DNA of 27,755 bases from the NCBI GenBank assembly GCA_964584035.1, contig CAZOYL010000024.1, positions 1-27,755 on the forward strand. The letters are read 5' to 3'. Source of the stretch: an uncultured Gemmatimonadota bacterium (GTDB lineage: Bacteria; SM23-81). This document shows, in pieces, positions 9,043 to 15,738 of the stretch. The translations under genes and the position numbers were made by a program. The notes beneath the pieces are model-generated. The model ran no database searches. It was not told where the DNA came from and worked only from the letters and a program-made list of their open reading frames with translations. Each line of letters begins with the position of its first letter. Position 1 is the stretch's first letter.

Positions 9043-9276
9043 TCAAACCATTTTCTTCAGGTTTCTGAGCTCGTTGTAGAAACGGACGAACTCGCTATTG
9101 ATAAATTCCACCTTCAGCCGATCGCCGTTCCCGTTGAGATCGAAGGTGAAAAGGGTCTTTGATCTTCTTTGATCGCATTTGATGAGACTATGGCCCTTCA
9201 TCTTCAGATAGGCAGAAAAGGCCAGGTCATCGGTGGTGATGTGATGCGTTACCATCTGATGTGCATCATCGGTCAC
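9043..9276 (-). CDS. Small DUF5659-like protein
   Basis: TTDDLAFSAYLKMKG...TLFTFD...FYNELRNLKKMV resembles DUF5659 (recognition only); AAGGAG RBS; 19 nt before the next gene. Confidence 0.7.
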   Translation of the reverse strand: MTDDAHQMVTHHITTDDLAFSAYLKMKGHSLIKCDQRRSKTLFTFDLNGNGDRLKVEFINSEFVRFYNELRNLKKMV

Positions 9277-9333
9277 GGTTCATCACTCCTTTACAGGTTC
9301 GCCGGCATACATCACGTCGAAACCTTTCATCTG

Positions 9334-9364
9334 ATTAGACAGCACCATGGTTGTCTTTATTCCC
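9334..9364 (-). promoter_or_regulatory. ECF promoter motif, copy 3
   Basis: GGGAAT-aaagacaaccatggtgct-GTCTAAT. Confidence 0.85.
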
Positions 9365-9411
9365 GCAAGTTTGAGATTTCCCGCTCAATTGTTCTCTTTT
9401 TACCCGGTTTA

Positions 9412-10635
9412 TTACTCATAATGAAGCGCATCGATAGGATTCATAACGGCGGCTTTGCGAGCCGGGAAGAAGCCGAACAGAATCCCCACGGTTCCGGCGA
9501 AAAAGAAGGCCAGCAGGACAATGCCGGGCTGGATAAAAGCCCTGATGGGAGTAAACGAATTCAGCACAAAGGAGGCGCCAAAGGCCATCAGGATGCCGAT
9601 CAGGCCCCCGGTCAGGCTGAGAACCACCGCCTCGGCCAGAAACTGCGTCAGCACATCGCCGCTGCGCGCGCCGATGGCCAGACGGATGCCGATCTCACGG
9701 GTCCGTTCGGTGACCGTGACCATCATGATGTTCATAATGCCGATGCCCCCGACCAGCAGGGAAACAGCCGCCACGGCGCCCAGCAGGAGGGTCATGGTCT
9801 GCATGGCCGAGGTGGCCGCCTCGGTGATGTCGGCCTGGTTGCGAATGCTGAAATCGTCTTCCTCGACCGGGTCGAGCCGGTGAGATGACCTCAGAATGGA
9901 CCGGACTTCTTCCTGAGCTGCGTCCATGGCCTCCAGGGAGACGGCGCTGAGGTTGATCATGTTGACATAGTTCCTTCCGCCTTTCAGGCGATAGAGAACG
10001 GTGCTCGAGGGGGCCAGAATCATATCATCCTCATCGCGCCCCATGGGATTCTGCCCCTTTTCCTCCAGTACGCCGATGACGGTGAAGGGCGTGTTGACGA
10101 TGCGAATCTTCTCTCCGGTAGGATCCCGGCTGCCGAAAAGCTCATCGGCCACCGTCTGGCCCAGAAGGGCTACCTTTCTTCGCGAGCGGACGTCCGTTTC
10201 GGTGAACATCTCTCCATATTTCAGCGACCAATCGCGAATGGACAGGTACTGAGGAGAGACGCCCACGATGCTTGTGTTCCAGTTGTTTCCCCCGCCCACG
10301 ACCTGCCCGCCGGCACTGACGATGGGCGACAGGTGCTCGATCAGCGTAACCTGTTTCTCAAGATCTTCCACATCGTCCAGAGTCAGAGTTTGAAAACTAC
10401 CCGCCCCGCGATGCACCCCGCCCATGCGGCTGCCGCCGGGAAAGACGACGATCAGATTGCTGCCCAGGGATGTGATCTGTTCCTCGATGCTTTTCTGCGA
10501 TCCCTGCCCGATGGCCACCATGATGATCACGGCGCCGACTCCGATGATGATCCCCAGCGAGGTCAACAGACTGCGCAGGCGGTTCTTTATGATGCTGCGA
10601 TAGGCGGCCTTGAGGAGATTATATACGGGTATCAT
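9412..10635 (-). CDS. MacB/FtsX-family ABC permease
   Basis: RSLLTSLGIIIGVGAVI, periplasmic domain, SLLVGGIGIMNIM, ERTREIGIRLAIGA, PARKAA..PIDALHYE. Confidence 0.95.
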   Translation of the reverse strand: MIPVYNLLKAAYRSIIKNRLRSLLTSLGIIIGVGAVIIMVAIGQGSQKSIEEQITSLGSNLIVVFPGGSRMGGVHRGAGSFQTLTLDDVEDLEKQVTLIEHLSPIVSAGGQVVGGGNNWNTSIVGVSPQYLSIRDWSLKYGEMFTETDVRSRRKVALLGQTVADELFGSRDPTGEKIRIVNTPFTVIGVLEEKGQNPMGRDEDDMILAPSSTVLYRLKGGRNYVNMINLSAVSLEAMDAAQEEVRSILRSSHRLDPVEEDDFSIRNQADITEAATSAMQTMTLLLGAVAAVSLLVGGIGIMNIMMVTVTERTREIGIRLAIGARSGDVLTQFLAEAVVLSLTGGLIGILMAFGASFVLNSFTPIRAFIQPGIVLLAFFFAGTVGILFGFFPARKAAVMNPIDALHYE

Positions 10636-10638
10636 TTT

Positions 10639-11379
10639 TCAAACGTCCTCTTCCCGATAATTCTTAAAATCTGCTTCGGCATTGCGCCGATGTTCGACCA
10701 GGGTATCCCGCCGAATGATTCCATCCCGTATCTCGACGGTCCGTTTTGCATACCGGGCAATATCCGGCTCATGTGTCACCAATATGATCGTAATCCCCTG
10801 ATCGTTGAGCTCCTGAAACACAGACATGACATCGATGGAGGTTCGGGTATCCAGATTGCCGGTGGGCTCATCGGCCAGGATGATGGCCGGCTGATTCACC
10901 AACGCCCTGGCGATGGCGACGCGCTGCTGTTCCCCCCCCGAAAGCTGGCTGGGCACATGATCCAGCCGGGCGCCCAATCCCACCCGTTCCAGCGCTTCAA
11001 TGGCCGCTTTCCTGGGCGCGGCGATGCGTCCCGTTCTATCGTAGAAAAGCGGCAGTTCCACGTTTTCCAGCGCCGACGTCCTGGGCAGCAGATTATAGAC
11101 CTGAAAAACAAAGCCGATCTTCTGATTTCGTATATCGGCATACTCGTTCTTACTCAGGGCGTTCACGTTCACGCCCGCCAGGATGTAGTCACCCGAAGTG
11201 GCCTGATCCAGGCATCCCAGGATGTTCATCAGCGTCGATTTCCCCGAGCCGGATGAGCCCATGATGGCCGCCATCTCTCCGTTTTCGATGACCAGATCAA
11301 TCCCTCGCAGCGCGTGGACAGCCACCTCACCCATCTGGTACATTTTCGTGATGCCTTTGACTTCAATGAGAGAGCTCAT
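10639..11379 (-). CDS. MacB/LolD-type ABC ATP-binding protein
   Basis: GSSGSGKST, LSGGEQQRVAIARAL, ILADEPTGNLD, VTHE. Confidence 0.96.
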   Translation of the reverse strand: MSSLIEVKGITKMYQMGEVAVHALRGIDLVIENGEMAAIMGSSGSGKSTLMNILGCLDQATSGDYILAGVNVNALSKNEYADIRNQKIGFVFQVYNLLPRTSALENVELPLFYDRTGRIAAPRKAAIEALERVGLGARLDHVPSQLSGGEQQRVAIARALVNQPAIILADEPTGNLDTRTSIDVMSVFQELNDQGITIILVTHEPDIARYAKRTVEIRDGIIRRDTLVEHRRNAEADFKNYREEDV

Positions 11380-11456
11380 AGAATTTTCCTTATATCATAC
11401 GCGACAGAATGCGAAGGGCATCGAGAGCACCGTCGCTCTGTTGTATATCCCGAAGT

Positions 11457-12797
11457 TTAAAACGGAGGCCTGCCGCCGAACACCGGTCTCCTGCTCTGAT
11501 TTTGGGAATTGCTTCCTTTCGCTTCACCCGATACGCCGCTGATCACCTGCAGGCCCTCCTGGAGGTCTCTATTCACCCGTGAATCCATCGGCCCCGGGCG
11601 GCGGCCTCCGGCGGCGTCGGATGGAGGCTCGAGCCCGGCGATGACGGTCTGCTGGCCGTCGGTGGGGCCCTTCCGGACGGGCAACATGTCCAGCTGGCCA
11701 TGTTCATCAAGAAACCACAGAGCTGCCACATCACTCGGGGAGTTCTCCCCGGAGAACAGGTCCCGAATGATACCCCCTCCCGGAGCTCGTTCCCGGGACG
11801 CTCGCTCCCGAGTTTGATTCCTGATCGAATCGGGCATCGAGCCGGAGCGGCGCTGCATCGTTCGGCGAAGCTCCTGCAACATCCTCTGAGTGGGCTGCAG
11901 GCGGAGAGCGGCGTTCGAGACCAGCAGGACATCCTCACTCTGCTCGATGATGAAATCGATGGTGGCCGTCATTCCGGGCAGCAGCAGACCATCCGGGTTG
12001 GGCGCGTCCACAATGACGGTGTAGTTGACGACATTCTGCACGGTGGTCGGCTGCAGACGGACCTGCTTGACGATACCACTGAATATCTTTTCCGGATAGG
12101 CTTGAACGTCGAAGCGGACGGTCTGTCCCTCCCGAATATAGCCGATATCGCTTTCGTCCACCTGGGCATGGATCTCCATCTGAGAAAGATCCTCGGCGAT
12201 GATGAACAGGACCGGCGCCTGAAGGCTGGCGGCCACGGTCTGTCCCTGCTCGACGGCCCTTTGAATAACGGTCCCATAAATAGGCGAGCGGATGACGGCG
12301 TATCCCAGATTGGTCTCGGCCCTTCCCAGGGCGACCCTGGCTGACTGCAGGCCGGCCCGGGTGGTCTTCACACTGATTTCCAGGGGCAAAAACTCCTGCT
12401 CTGAGATAAAGCCCTTCTCGAACAGGGGTAGATTGCGCCGGCGTTCCGCCACTGCTTGATCGTACAGAGCCTGGGCGCGGTCCACCTGAGCCCGGGCATC
12501 CAGCACGGCGGCCTTCAGCAGGGATGTGTCCAGCACGGCCAGCACCTGTCCTTTTCGCACCACATCGTTGAAATCGACGTTGAGGACGTCGATGATTCCC
12601 GACACCTGGGTACCCACCTCGACGGTGCTTAAAGGATTGACGGTACCCGTGGCAGAAACGGTGTTCTCCAGATTGCCCCGGGTGATCTCGACGAACTGAT
12701 AGGTGCTCTCGGCACCATTCCTGCCGGTCCATAGAATCAGGAAGACGGCCAACGCGGCGACGATGACGCCGAGGGGAATGAGTACTTTTTTCTTCAT
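11457..12797 (-). CDS. MacA-like periplasmic adaptor subunit
   Basis: N-terminal TM; VEVGTQVSG, IRSPIYGTV, GQTVAASLQAPVLF, VDESDIG, LLPGMTA; Gly/Arg-rich tail. Confidence 0.93.
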   Translation of the reverse strand: MKKKVLIPLGVIVAALAVFLILWTGRNGAESTYQFVEITRGNLENTVSATGTVNPLSTVEVGTQVSGIIDVLNVDFNDVVRKGQVLAVLDTSLLKAAVLDARAQVDRAQALYDQAVAERRRNLPLFEKGFISEQEFLPLEISVKTTRAGLQSARVALGRAETNLGYAVIRSPIYGTVIQRAVEQGQTVAASLQAPVLFIIAEDLSQMEIHAQVDESDIGYIREGQTVRFDVQAYPEKIFSGIVKQVRLQPTTVQNVVNYTVIVDAPNPDGLLLPGMTATIDFIIEQSEDVLLVSNAALRLQPTQRMLQELRRTMQRRSGSMPDSIRNQTRERASRERAPGGGIIRDLFSGENSPSDVAALWFLDEHGQLDMLPVRKGPTDGQQTVIAGLEPPSDAAGGRRPGPMDSRVNRDLQEGLQVISGVSGEAKGSNSQNQSRRPVFGGRPPF

Positions 12798-12845
12798 CTC
12801 GCTCTTCCTCCAAATTCTTGATCACGTCGTCATTTGAGCATTCTG

Positions 12846-13571
12846 TCACAAAGGTATCACGGGGCAGTTATCCAGGCGGCCGCTATAATAATCCAGAGCC
12901 ACTCGACTCAAGAGAAGATTGTAGCTGGACTGAATCCAACCGTTGTTCGCGGCCACATACTGCGCTCGAACCAGGCTGAGCTCCGCCAGAATGGCCGACC
13001 CGACGTCGTATCGTTTTCGGGTGACCTCCAGAGCCTGCCGGGAATATTCCCGCTGGGCCCGGGCTGCCTCCAGCTCTTTTTGAGCCGTCGAGTAGTCAAA
13101 CAGGGCCTGATGAACCTCGAATATGACCGTTTGTCTGAGATCTTCCAGATTTAATTGCTCATTCGCCAGCTGAATCCGGGCTCTCTGCAGAGAGGCGATA
13201 TTGCCGAAACCGTCGAATAGAGTCAGCCGGGTGGAGAAGCCCAGATTCAAAGATTGACTCTCCCGATTCTCTGTCACATCGGTCATTGGATCATGACTTC
13301 GGGAGTAACTCTGAGATGCCGAAGCCGAGGCGCTCAGGTCGGGAAAGAAAGCCTCTTTGGATTGCCCCAGCGATATGGCACTGGACGCGACCTGATGGGC
13401 AGACCGCTGCAGCTCGATGTTCTGTTCCAGGGCAATGTCGATGGCATCCTTCAGGGCGATGAATTGACATTCCTGCGCCTGGATGATCTGCACGGTCAGG
13501 GCGAGCAAGGCGCATATACAGGCTAAAAAAATGAGAACCATGAGGTTTGATCTGCCAAAAAGAATGTTCAT
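12846..13571 (-). CDS. Half-length TolC-family outer membrane protein (single OEP repeat, 241 aa)
   Basis: Signal peptide; IALKDAIDIALEQN, FFPDLSAS, LTLFDGF running directly into RIQLANEQLNLEDLRQ...RYDVG...ALDYYSG. Confidence 0.85.
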   Translation of the reverse strand: MNILFGRSNLMVLIFLACICALLALTVQIIQAQECQFIALKDAIDIALEQNIELQRSAHQVASSAISLGQSKEAFFPDLSASASASQSYSRSHDPMTDVTENRESQSLNLGFSTRLTLFDGFGNIASLQRARIQLANEQLNLEDLRQTVIFEVHQALFDYSTAQKELEAARAQREYSRQALEVTRKRYDVGSAILAELSLVRAQYVAANNGWIQSSYNLLLSRVALDYYSGRLDNCPVIPL

Positions 13572-13651
13572 GTCCTATATCCTTCTGTTTTCGGTCGGTA
13601 GGTACTCTGATTGTTTATCGCAGTCAATAATAGCCATCGCCTTTCTGGAGA

Positions 13652-13682
13652 ATTAGACAAGATGCCCGATGGAAATATTCCC
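13652..13682 (-). promoter_or_regulatory. ECF promoter motif, copy 2
   Basis: GGGAAT-atttccatcgggcatctt-GTCTAAT. Confidence 0.85.
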
Positions 13683-13827
13683 CCTGTCTCCGAGAAATCA
13701 GGCTTGCCTGGTAATTCGTTCTTTGGAGGAAAACTTACCTGGTGGAGAAACCGCCGCCTGAGATGATAACGAAGCTCTCATCATCGCAGAGCCGGGTGTC
13801 GCTCTGAAGTCATGCGGGAAGCAGAGT

Positions 13828-13859
13828 AAAAAAGCCGCCGAGCTGTCCTGCCCGGCGGC
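13828..13859 (-). terminator. Intrinsic terminator of the sigma operon
   Basis: Minus strand GCCGCCGGGC-aggaca-GCTCGGCGGC then T6. Confidence 0.85.
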
Positions 13860-13898
13860 CGTTCTGGGAAGAATCATTTTCCCAATCCTTTTCTGATC

Positions 13899-14387
13899 TT
13901 ACCCTCCATCTCTATCCGGCGGCGGCAGACACCTTTCCCCCTCATCTGGCGGTGGAGGTGATCCCCGTTCGCCCGGCGGGGGCGGCGATCCAGATTTTTT
14001 CCCTCTGGAGTGATCCGGCCGCCGATCCCTGAAATGTCTGGGTGGTTTCGGCGCACGCGCCAAGCGCTCCTTCTGCTCCTCGGTGAGAATGGGGTCGAGA
14101 TCCTTTTCCAGGGAATCCTTCAGAGCCAGCATCTGGCTTTCGAACCGGTCATGGATCACCAGAAATTGCTGCGAGTGTTTCATCAGGATCTGGTGGACCG
14201 TATCGCGCTGAGATTCCGTCGGCTCGATGATGCTCTCGATCCGGGTCGCCAGATGATCCGGATGTCCCATGGACGAGAACCGCCTCACCCGGTGACGAAC
14301 GACCGCTCCGGTGATCAGCGCTCCGATGATCATACCGATCACCAGGGTGAGCCCGATGATGACATATGTTTTCGTCTTCATCTTCAT
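13899..14387 (-). CDS. Membrane-anchored Spy/CpxP/CnrX-like periplasmic helical protein
   Basis: N-terminal TM; PTESQR and ILTEEQKERL (LTxxQ-type) motifs; His/Met residues in the helices; Pro-rich tail; ATGA overlap with the anti-sigma gene. Confidence 0.75.
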   Translation of the reverse strand: MKMKTKTYVIIGLTLVIGMIIGALITGAVVRHRVRRFSSMGHPDHLATRIESIIEPTESQRDTVHQILMKHSQQFLVIHDRFESQMLALKDSLEKDLDPILTEEQKERLARAPKPPRHFRDRRPDHSRGKKSGSPPPPGERGSPPPPDEGERCLPPPDRDGG

Positions 14388-14824
14388 AACAGATCCTCCA
14401 CGGTGGCATCGAACGGAGATTCCAGTACCTCCACCAGTGTCTCCTGGGGTATGCCCAGGGCACCAGCGACAGATATATTGCCTGTCTTGACAACATTAAA
14501 GACCAGCAGCAGAAGGATCGCCGTCGCACCGACCAGGGCTACTCTGCGAAAGGCAAACTGGAGCGATTCGAAGAACTTCTGCGTCCCATTCCGAGTCTCG
14601 CCCAGTGCCGCAATACGGTGCATGACTCGTTCGGCGAAGAAAGGCCGGAATGATTTCGGAGCACCGGCAGCAATCGATCCGCGGAGCGCCGCAATGCGCT
14701 CCTTCTCCTGCTGCAATTGAGCCGATTGCTCCAGCGCATCTTGCAGCCGCCGCTGCTCATCCTCCGTGAGCTGGCCATCGAAGGACAGATAGAGCAGCTC
14801 TGTTATATTCTTTTTCATGTTCAT
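14384..14824 (-). CDS. Putative transmembrane anti-sigma factor
   Basis: ELLYLSFDGQLTEDEQRRLQDAL anti-sigma-like N-terminus lacking HxxxCxxC; FRPFFAERVM; one TM; ATGA overlap with sigma. Confidence 0.8.
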   Translation of the reverse strand: MNMKKNITELLYLSFDGQLTEDEQRRLQDALEQSAQLQQEKERIAALRGSIAAGAPKSFRPFFAERVMHRIAALGETRNGTQKFFESLQFAFRRVALVGATAILLLLVFNVVKTGNISVAGALGIPQETLVEVLESPFDATVEDLL

Positions 14825-15375
14825 GCTCCGTAATATGGCGTGAGAAGTTCTTTCAGTTTCTTTTGTGCCCGTGATAACCTGGAGAGCACGGTGCCGATGG
14901 GTATTTTCAATATTTTTGCGGTCTCCTCGGTCGAATACCCATCGATCAGACGCAGGACGACCACGGAACGGAATTTAGCATCCAGCCGCCCGATGGCCTT
15001 ATGCACCATTTCTTTATCCTCATCAGGCTGGGCATCGGCGCTCTCATCCGGAAGATCGTCCAGGTGATCGATCGATGGCCGAAAGAATATCTTCGAGCGG
15101 CGCTTACGTCGTCGCAACTCGTTCAAAGACAAATTAATGGCAATACGCGTGAGATACGTTCCCAGTTTCGATTCGCCCCGGAAATTCTTCAGACTGCGGT
15201 AGAGGCGGATGAATGTTTCCTGTCCGACATCATCGGCCTCGGGGCCATTTCCCAGCATGCCGATGATGGTCCCGGCCACCAGAGATTCGTAGCGCCTGAC
15301 CAATGTTTGGAAGGCCTCGTGGTCGCCCTCTTGGGCTCGCCTGACCAGTGTTTCGTCCGTCAAATGATCGCCCAT
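14821..15375 (-). CDS. ECF sigma factor (sigma70 group 4)
   Basis: GDHEAFQTLVRRY, ADDVGQETFI, FRGESKLGTYLTRIAIN, YSTEETAKILKIPIGTVLSRLSRA. Confidence 0.96.
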   Translation of the reverse strand: MGDHLTDETLVRRAQEGDHEAFQTLVRRYESLVAGTIIGMLGNGPEADDVGQETFIRLYRSLKNFRGESKLGTYLTRIAINLSLNELRRRKRRSKIFFRPSIDHLDDLPDESADAQPDEDKEMVHKAIGRLDAKFRSVVVLRLIDGYSTEETAKILKIPIGTVLSRLSRAQKKLKELLTPYYGA

Positions 15376-15406
15376 GAAAGGGTCCGGTGGCTGGCTTCAT
15401 TCACCA

Positions 15407-15437
15407 ATTAGACAACCGCACAGGAAAATAGATTCCC
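15407..15437 (-). promoter_or_regulatory. ECF promoter motif, copy 1 (autoregulatory position)
   Basis: GGGAAT-ctattttcctgtgcggtt-GTCTAAT, ending 31 nt before the sigma ATG. Confidence 0.85.
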
Positions 15438-15477
15438 GGATTCTATATTAAAATAGGCCGTTGTGCTCTCGACGCAA

Positions 15478-15544
15478 GAGATTTCACGCAACAGATTTGA
15501 CACGGTGATCTTTCACCGGAGATTTCACAAAGGAGATTTCCCGC
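15478..15544. repeat. Degenerate GAGATTTCAC direct repeats with ~14-bp period
   Basis: Copies at 15478, 15492, 15507, 15519 and 15533. Confidence 0.5.
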
Positions 15545-15586
15545 AGGCGGTTTGTAACCGAAAGGCTTGTAATCCCTGACCAGAAT

Positions 15587-15614
15587 AAAAAGGCCGCCCA
15601 TTTACGGGCGGCCT
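15587..15614 (-). terminator. Intrinsic terminator
   Basis: Minus strand AGGCCGCCCG-taaa-TGGGCGGCCT then T-tract. Confidence 0.88.
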
Positions 15615-15624
15615 GATAAAAGAA

Positions 15625-15716
15625 GGACGGATGCCAAAAGCTGGGTTCCAGAGGCGTAAGTGATACTTCCTCGGCTTGTTGCGGAGAAAGCTGCCTCACA
15701 GGTTTGGCATCCGTCC
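15625..15716. other. Structured element closed by a perfect 14-bp inverted repeat
   Basis: GGACGGATGCCAAA (15625-15638) / TTTGGCATCCGTCC (15703-15716); inner GAGGC/GCCTC pairing. Confidence 0.6.
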
Positions 15717-15738
15717 CGGTATCTCACAGCGGAGAAAG

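Noticed and set aside
9043..9276. Prophage remnant suggested by the DUF5659-like gene
   Set aside because: No integrase, structural genes or att-like repeats, and the gene sits behind a local ECF promoter motif.
11935..12849. 304-aa ORF starting at the tolC stop as the missing TolC half
   Set aside because: It is an alternative frame of the macA gene with no TolC features, and the tolC ORF already has a proper C-terminus.
13690..13825. Two small hairpins (GATGAT/ATCATC and CAGAGC/GCTCTG) upstream of the tolC promoter
   Set aside because: Six-bp stems outside predicted transcripts; compatible with chance.
15625..15716. SRP RNA, 6S RNA or tRNA identity for the structured element
   Set aside because: No SRP helix-8 CAGG..GNRA..AGCAG motif, too short for 6S, and no T-loop or cloverleaf.
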